Shown one piece after another: positions 58,292 through 64,000 of a stretch of 64,000 nucleotides of DNA. The notes under the pieces were generated by a model. That model searched no databases and was not told where the DNA came from. It saw nothing but the letters and a program-made list of their open reading frames with translations. The translations under genes and the position numbers were made by a program. The number at the start of each line of letters is the position of its first letter. The stretch's first letter is position 1. Source of the stretch: an uncultured virus (IMG/VR IMGVR_UViG_3300026250_000004). Its lineage: Duplodnaviria > Heunggongvirae > Uroviricota > Caudoviricetes. The stretch is taken from IMG/VR virus record IMGVR_UViG_3300026250_000004; one strand, written 5' to 3'.

Positions 58292-58395
58292 AAAATCAAC
58301 TCCAATAAAAAAAACACTCCCAAAGAGTGCTAAAATTTTTCTAAAAATATTTTCTGAACCTCAATTCTAAAACATACCCCCACCCATTCGTGGAT

Positions 58396-58743
58396 TTACT
58401 TAAATAGCTTGAACATTATCTTATTAGCCTTATCCATGTTCTTCTGACGATGATATTCCCAGTCTCTACGATACTTTAGAAATGGCTCAACTTTGGTTCT
58501 GCTTGTCAACATAACACACAACACGCCACATAAATAAAACTTCGCTGCCTTGTTCACACGCTCTCTGCGCCTGTCACTGTTAATGGCTACACAGCTTTCT
58601 AGCATGTCTTGAAGGATTATGTTAGCTGCACCAATGTTAAGCTCTGCATCTATTATCCTGTCGGACAGTAAAATATCATCTGCTTTTAACATCTCGCGAA
58701 TTTCATCATGGTAGTTTTCTCCTAGATAGTTTTTGATGAGCAT
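58396..58743 (-). CDS. probable paralogue of the head-tail adaptor
   Basis: Colinear motifs shared with 45335-45748. Confidence 0.55.
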   Translation of the reverse strand: MLIKNYLGENYHDEIREMLKADDILLSDRIIDAELNIGAANIILQDMLESCVAINSDRRRERVNKAAKFYLCGVLCVMLTSRTKVEPFLKYRRDWEYHRQKNMDKANKIMFKLFK

Positions 58744-58744
58744 T

Positions 58745-58975
58745 TTAAACCTCCATTGAATTTATTAGCTTGGCATATCGCTTATCGGTTAAATAGTCAA
58801 GCTCATGCAATATCTCTATCTGCTCTCTATTTAATCCCTTTATGTGATACCAAAAGAATAAGAAAACAGGGGCATATAATCTTCTGTAGCACCATTGACG
58901 ATAATACCAGTTTGGAAAGTTGTATATTGCATCATCTATTGACCTGCCTATAGACCTCCCCACGTCCTCGAACAT
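58745..58975 (-). CDS. hypothetical protein
   Basis: AAGGAGG RBS. Confidence 0.55.
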   Translation of the reverse strand: MFEDVGRSIGRSIDDAIYNFPNWYYRQWCYRRLYAPVFLFFWYHIKGLNREQIEILHELDYLTDKRYAKLINSMEV

Positions 58976-59278
58976 AAAACCACCTCCTTAATAGAGTTTT
59001 TGTCGAAAGTCAAAAAACTGTTGCGAACTGGGAGCGCGCCCTTTGCCGCCGCGCTGACCCCCCTGGCATGTATGGAGTATACCCCCTCCCTCCCCCGCGC
59101 TGGCTCTGTCCCTTGCCAAAAAGGATAGGCTTACCTGCTCGCCGGTCTAATCCTGCCTCTAAAACAAAAACGGTATTATTATCAAATCGCTGAAAAGCCG
59201 GTATAATGGGCAGCGCAAAGAATAGTACCGAAAATAGCTGAAAGCGGTATTAATATTGGAGGTCTGGGCAAGCTAATA

Positions 59279-59698
59279 CTAATCAGCTTGTCGGCTGTCT
59301 AATAGTTCTCTGAGTGATGGGCCTGCATCTATCGTCTGGTTGATGTTTACAGTGGCTGTAGGCACATGTAGCCCGCTCATCTGAAGTATAGTCTGAGCCG
59401 CTTGTATATCGCCTGCTATGGCTCTGGCTGCCACTGACTGCATAGTGGGCATAGCTGCTGATATAGCTGTGACCTTGCAAGCGTCCAGATATGCGGCAAC
59501 GAAGCGCGGATCCTTGAAAAGCCGATAGTAGCTATCCCGGCTAATACCTGCCTTTTGGCATATCTGAGAGACGTTGAGCTCCCTTGCTGTTGGCTCTACC
59601 AGGACAGCCAGTAGCGCATCACCAGCAGGTGTCAAGGTTTCGGCCTTGTCAGTAAGAACCGGAGTGCTAACTAATTTTTCTAATATTTCCTCTTGCAT
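59279..59698 (-). CDS. putative terminase small subunit (HTH)
   Basis: VSQICQKAGISRDSYYRLFKDPRF..GDIQAAQTIL; first gene of leftward late operon. Confidence 0.65.
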   Translation of the reverse strand: MQEEILEKLVSTPVLTDKAETLTPAGDALLAVLVEPTARELNVSQICQKAGISRDSYYRLFKDPRFVAAYLDACKVTAISAAMPTMQSVAARAIAGDIQAAQTILQMSGLHVPTATVNINQTIDAGPSLRELLDSRQAD

Positions 59699-59741
59699 AA
59701 TTATTCACCTACTTGCATATTTATTCTACATTATTTTGTTC

Positions 59742-59840
59742 CTTTAGCGCATTAAAGCGTTAAAGCGTTAAAGTTGCTTATCCGGCTTTTATCTATCTTC
59801 ATCTTACACTATATCCTTTAGTACACTAAAGCGTTAAAGC
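59742..59840. repeat. TAAAGCGT tandem repeats upstream of terS
   Basis: TAAAGCGTTAAAGCGTTAAAG at 59753-59773 and TAAAGCGTTAAAGC at 59827-59840. Confidence 0.7.
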
Positions 59841-59884
59841 AAATAGTCTTTTGCTCTGCCAGTTGAATTTTACATAAAGGAAAA

Positions 59885-60871
59885 CTATCTGGTGCAAACA
59901 CGCTCTAGTAATTCATCTAATTCAAACTCGCTTGCATCCTTCAATGTATCCATATATACACTCAAATCCTCAAAAATATGCAATATCGCATCATCTGGAT
60001 ATTTGAGTTCATATTTTTTCATAGCAGTAATAATGTCCTGTTCTTCTTGCCCGGTAAATTCTATAGTTTGCTCGAATTTTTCTTTATAGCATCCGATAAT
60101 GGCGTTAATGTAGCAGAGATAGTCTAATCGTTCATTATTCACCTGTGGGTGTTCCGTTTTCTTTTTCTCTTGTTCCTCTTTTGCTATGCGTTCTTTTCGT
60201 GCCATTGCAAGTACTTCTTCTGCATATTTATCGGCATCGGTTATTTTCCCTAAAGGAATAAGTCCGGTTTGTAATTCGGATTCTTCAAAAGAGGATTCTT
60301 TTTCTTCTTTGTAACTATAGGAAACCATAGAGTAACTATTTGAAACTATAGGTAACGTTGTAGTCAAATTGTCTAACTCGATTTGGTCAGATTGACTAAG
60401 GTCTGTAGTCAGATTGTCCACATCGTTATGGTCAACTTGACTAAATGTCTCTTGCTTATCTTCTGTATTATTCTCCGTATCTGTAGTCAAATTGACTATA
60501 GGTATAGTCAAACTGTCCATAGTAATTTCTTTTAATCTTTCGTAATCAATCCGATACCATAGCGTCTGGTCGTTCTGGCGGCGGTTGTACTCGTTGGATG
60601 TGATTAATATTTTTTGTCCCCTGAGTTTTTCCAATACTCGTTGGGTCGTTTTTTTGCTCCAAAAAGGAAATTGCCTTGACCAATCTTCAAGACTGTTAAA
60701 AGTCCAGTAATGATCGTCATAGAAGTTCTTTTCGGCTTTTTCGTTGGCTTTTATCCAGTACTCTATCTGCTGTAACACGATTGCTTCCTGTAGCCCAATC
60801 TTACAGGCTATTTCTTCGCTAAAATACCTTAATATTGGTATTTCGGGATTGTTTCTTTTTTTCTTTGCCAT
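59885..60871 (-). CDS. replication initiator protein (second initiator)
   Basis: IGLQEAIVLQQIEYW..WTFNSLEDW..FPFWS..T.WYRIDYE; internal iterons. Confidence 0.8.
   Translation of the reverse strand: MAKKKRNNPEIPILRYFSEEIACKIGLQEAIVLQQIEYWIKANEKAEKNFYDDHYWTFNSLEDWSRQFPFWSKKTTQRVLEKLRGQKILITSNEYNRRQNDQTLWYRIDYERLKEITMDSLTIPIVNLTTDTENNTEDKQETFSQVDHNDVDNLTTDLSQSDQIELDNLTTTLPIVSNSYSMVSYSYKEEKESSFEESELQTGLIPLGKITDADKYAEEVLAMARKERIAKEEQEKKKTEHPQVNNERLDYLCYINAIIGCYKEKFEQTIEFTGQEEQDIITAMKKYELKYPDDAILHIFEDLSVYMDTLKDASEFELDELLERVCTR
60361..60517. repeat. six iterons TRGTCARHTTGWC-like (probable origin)
   Basis: Copies at 60361, 60384, 60406, 60429, 60484, 60505. Confidence 0.8.
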
Positions 60872-60914
60872 CTCTTTACCTGCCTTTCAAGTAAACAGCC
60901 TTAAAATATTTAAA

Positions 60915-60973
60915 CGGGCAGGCGGCAAGGCTAACCGCTTTTCGGCCCGGATGATCAGTCCAGACCTAGCCCG
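60915..60973 (-). promoter_or_regulatory. structured leader motif, copy B
   Basis: CGGGC-AGGCGG..GCTTTTCGG-hairpin-CCTAG-CCCG upstream of rep. Confidence 0.55.
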
Positions 60974-61217
60974 CAAAAATGCATATAAAAAGCCGCCCTT
61001 TCGAGCGGCTCGCTACCTCTATGATTTTTTTCTCTCCTGACAACTCTCTCTAGTATATACTATATATGCATATTTTCTGCTTGTATAGGCGGGAAACGTG
61101 CGATAGGCGTGTAAAAAACGTGCAGTTTTTGATTTTTGACCTGGCAGAGGCGGCGGCTTGCATTTTTTGCTTCTGGTGCGTACAATATACATATATACTT
61201 TTTGGAGGTTTTTGAAA

Positions 61218-61415
61218 ATGGCCATAAAAGATGGACGTTTATTCCTGCGCTTTGACCCGGCGGAGAAGGCGCGGCTGGAAAAGCTGGCTGAAGAATTTGC
61301 AAAACTGCGGCCGGAGGGAGCTTATACCGTGTCAAGTATCTGCCGGGCTGCGATATTTGAGAAAATGGACGAGATGGAAAAGGAGCTCAAAGCCCTGAAA
61401 AAGCCCGGAAAATAG
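61218..61415 (+). CDS. RHH/Arc-like regulator
   Basis: RLFLRFDPAEKARLEKLA..TVSSICRAAI; GGAGG RBS. Confidence 0.7.
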   Translation: MAIKDGRLFLRFDPAEKARLEKLAEEFAKLRPEGAYTVSSICRAAIFEKMDEMEKELKALKKPGK

Positions 61416-61574
61416 CAGTTTTGCTATGCATTGCCGCACCCTGTTGGCTGCCTTTTGGTGGCCTTTTTTGTTTTTGCAAGATAAATACCTTAAAAACTTT
61501 TCGACAAATTTATACAATGCCTATATATCGGGCTTTGCGAGCATCCGGAAAATAAAAATAATACCGTTTTAGTG

Positions 61575-61603
61575 TTGACAGCGTGCGCACTAGGGTATAT
61601 AAT
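61575..61603 (+). promoter_or_regulatory. consensus sigma-A early promoter
   Basis: TTGACA-17 bp-TATAAT exact. Confidence 0.9.
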
Positions 61604-61670
61604 ATAGTCAAGAGGTACACAAACAGCCCGGCAGCTCTCAGGGAGCGGGGCAGGAAAGGGAGGATATGGG

Positions 61671-62057
61671 ATGGAAAAGAAATTTATTGGTATTGTTAAG
61701 GATGACATGAAAACTCTGGATACCCAGTATACCGGCAAATTCGCAACCTATAAGGAAGCCCATGAAGCAGCCGAGAAACTCTGCAAGCGGACCTATGGCG
61801 ACCGGGGCAGCATTGACGTTATCGACATTACCCTGAATTTCGCACCAGCCGGGACCTGGTGGAACGGAGGCCAGGAACAGATTGAAAAAGACGGCAAAAC
61901 CTACGCCCTGTACGGCTGGAACGGTGAAAGCTATACGGACTCTTGGCAGGTAATTGACCGCACCGAATTTGCCGGGAAATATGACATCTGCCCGGTTTAT
62001 CAGCAGACAGGCGAAGATGAATTTGAGATCGTTGACTATGAGATCAGGGAAAGATAA
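61671..62057 (+). CDS. acidic early protein
   Basis: First ORF after strong promoter; shares a GxWW..GWNGES module with 63323 ORF. Confidence 0.7.
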   Translation: MEKKFIGIVKDDMKTLDTQYTGKFATYKEAHEAAEKLCKRTYGDRGSIDVIDITLNFAPAGTWWNGGQEQIEKDGKTYALYGWNGESYTDSWQVIDRTEFAGKYDICPVYQQTGEDEFEIVDYEIRER

Positions 62058-62058
62058 T

Positions 62059-62114
62059 CGCAGAGTGACGGGCCATCCGGCCCGGTAATGCGGCAAGCCG
62101 GTCACAAGCCCGGC
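62059..62114 (+). ncRNA. twister ribozyme (circularly permuted)
   Basis: CGCA-GAG-TGA, P1 hairpin CGGGCC/GGCCCG, TAA-TGCG-GC, GCCG-GTCACAAGC-CCGGC. Confidence 0.85.
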
Positions 62115-62143
62115 TAAAGCCCAAAATGAAAGGGGATAGAAGC

Positions 62144-62365
62144 ATGACTCACGAACAGATGATAGAAAAAGCATGGAGATTTATTTATGACTTACAGATC
62201 ACCGACGAAAAAGAAAAACTCACAGATGAAGGTTATTTGGTGGAAAACGTTTATCAAGTTCGCGATGCTTACTACGCTGATTTGGAAAGCGGCCACGACT
62301 TTGACGGGGAAGATCTGGAAGGCTTTTTCGCCCGGCACGGCATCAAAGAGATCTGCGAGAGATAA
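62144..62365 (+). CDS. small acidic protein
   Basis: RBS AAAGGGG; D/E-rich. Confidence 0.65.
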   Translation: MTHEQMIEKAWRFIYDLQITDEKEKLTDEGYLVENVYQVRDAYYADLESGHDFDGEDLEGFFARHGIKEICER

Positions 62366-62549
62366 TTTCCCGCCTTTCCTCAGCCCGCCGCATACCTGGC
62401 GGGTTGAGATAAGGGCAGGAAGCCCTTAGGTGCGCCGCTAGCCCTTACAGTTAGGACCGGCACCAGCACAAGCCGCCGCATAGTACCGTCTATGCACGCC
62501 GGGGCGGGATAAAATACCGGCTTATTATCAAATCTCAGGAGGTACGAAA

Positions 62550-63077
62550 ATGAAAATCACCAACGAGCAGCTAATCCAAATTGCCGCAGTTGACGCAGGC
62601 CTCGACCCGTTCGGCGAATACCTAACCCGCGACGGGTGGAAGGTAAAAGGTTATAAGGTTCTCAGGGGCGAAAAGCCGGCCCTAGTGCTGGACCTCTGGT
62701 GTCCGAGAATCCGCAAATCCTCAGTAGCGAGCGAAAATGCGGAACCTCAGCAGGGAGAAGAAAAGCCCGGAATGTTCTTCCACTTTAAGACCTGTCACTT
62801 GTTCGGCAGAGAGCAGACAAACGCACTAGAAAGGGAACGTCTTGCCCAACAAACCGCTGCGCTCCGTATCTATCACGCTTATCACCAGCACAATCCCGAA
62901 ACCGGATATTTAGAAATTGTAAAGGGTGCGCCAGAAGTAGCTAAAGTAGCGGCTGAATGGATTAAAACTAGTAAATTAGGCAGTTATATATTCCCGATTG
63001 ATTTTGTCCAGGCTGAAAAAGATTTAAAAGAGCAACCGGCAATCAACCAAGGCGCATTGTTTGAAATGGCGATGTAA
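62550..63077 (+). CDS. ArdC-N-like ssDNA-binding domain protein
   Basis: YLTRDGWKVKGYKVLRGEK..LW..LFGREQT. Confidence 0.6.
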   Translation: MKITNEQLIQIAAVDAGLDPFGEYLTRDGWKVKGYKVLRGEKPALVLDLWCPRIRKSSVASENAEPQQGEEKPGMFFHFKTCHLFGREQTNALERERLAQQTAALRIYHAYHQHNPETGYLEIVKGAPEVAKVAAEWIKTSKLGSYIFPIDFVQAEKDLKEQPAINQGALFEMAM

Positions 63078-63272
63078 GGAGGGGGAAAGAGAATGAAGGA
63101 AATTAAAACCTTTTGCAAAAAATGCCAGTGTTTAGGGATTGATTGCACGGGGATATCTGTTTCAACCGGATTTACGGGATGTATTTATTTTAACAAAACG
63201 GAAAAGGCTCAGCCTGCCAGCTAAGCCAATCCCTCAGAACCACAAGCCGGGGCGAGTGATCCATCACAAGCT

Positions 63273-63318
63273 CATTTTACCCCGGCTCAGTAAAAAAATC
63301 AAATTTGAAAGGGGTAAT
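63273..63318 (+). repeat. 46-bp leader/RBS repeat, copy 2
   Basis: Matches 40-85. Confidence 0.85.
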
Positions 63319-63322
63319 TGGA

Positions 63323-64000
63323 ATGGCATATTTTAGCAAAGAAGCATACGAAGGTAAAGAAAGATGGGCGAGAAACCGCATGAGAGAAAATAGTGAGGTT
63401 CCAACTTTGTCACCGGAACAGCATGAGACTTTAGCTTGGTTGTGTACGATCAGGCACGAAATGCATTGCAGTCCAGACAGTTTCTGGGTTGGTGAGTCGG
63501 GAGAATACTCTGAATACTGGGATTATATTGGAAACTCATATGAGGACTCTAAAATTAACGAACAATTAAACGAAGTAGGTTTAAAATCCATACCGTTAAT
63601 AACTGATACCGAACATATAATGGCAGACTATGAAGTTTTCGAGGAATGGGGAGTCGAAAACTTACAAGCATACTATGGACTGCCTGAAGATTATACTGAC
63701 GAAGACATAGACGAAGCAGCAGAAAAAGCCAAAGAAGTATTATATGAATTATTGGAACAGACTGACGAAATCATCAGAAAATATCTGGCTGAAATTGATT
63801 TAGAATTCGGGACAAATTATTGCCCTGGTGGGATGGAGGAGTATGTCTCTGTGCCTGATAGCAGTCCATTTTTCCGGGTTGTTGGTAAATGGTGGGAAGA
63901 TAAGACCGTTGAGATTATCGAAAAAGACGGTATCTATTACGGACTAAAGGGTTGGAATGGCGAGTCCTTCGCTGACTCGTTCGTGTTTTATGTAGACGAC
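63323..64000 (+). CDS. acidic hypothetical protein, runs off window end (not in ORF track)
   Basis: MAYFSKEAYEGKERW.. open to 64000. Confidence 0.75.
   Translation, partial: MAYFSKEAYEGKERWARNRMRENSEVPTLSPEQHETLAWLCTIRHEMHCSPDSFWVGESGEYSEYWDYIGNSYEDSKINEQLNEVGLKSIPLITDTEHIMADYEVFEEWGVENLQAYYGLPEDYTDEDIDEAAEKAKEVLYELLEQTDEIIRKYLAEIDLEFGTNYCPGGMEEYVSVPDSSPFFRVVGKWWEDKTVEIIEKDGIYYGLKGWNGESFADSFVFYVDD

Noticed and set aside
62370..62520. Second ribozyme or ssDNA promoter in GC-rich hairpins
   Set aside because: Hairpins are present but I could not fit twister-sister, pistol, hammerhead or HDV cores.

Overview
The window looks like most of the genome of a temperate siphovirus of a Firmicutes (probably Clostridia) host, in its excised or circular form. 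The attP is intact (3' half of tRNA-Lys flanked by arm-type repeats), and both window ends fall in the same early region. Modules in order: early/leading-region genes (61.6-64 kb and 0-3.2 kb); lysogeny (3.7-6.0 kb); recombination, replication and regulation on the + strand (6.3-27.5 kb; SbcCD, DnaB, RuvC-like, sigma-like, helicase-MTase, SSB); lysis, tail, head and packaging on the - strand (27.6-59.7 kb); and a second Rep with iterons (59.9-60.9 kb). The standout is a moron inserted in the tail operon (40.57-42.2 kb). It encodes a stand-alone RAMP/Cas7-like protein, a coupled HNH nuclease, and a 100-nt non-coding array of 20 GG(Y)-NN pentamers closed by a terminator, with a divergent RHH regulator. 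This is a candidate non-CRISPR RNA-guided system that resembles, from my recollection only, the VIPR architecture. Also notable: a twister ribozyme, strong one-strand enrichment of CTCAG in the early region, a tRNA-like RNA without an anticodon arm, and other structured RNAs. All calls are by eye; no database searches were run.
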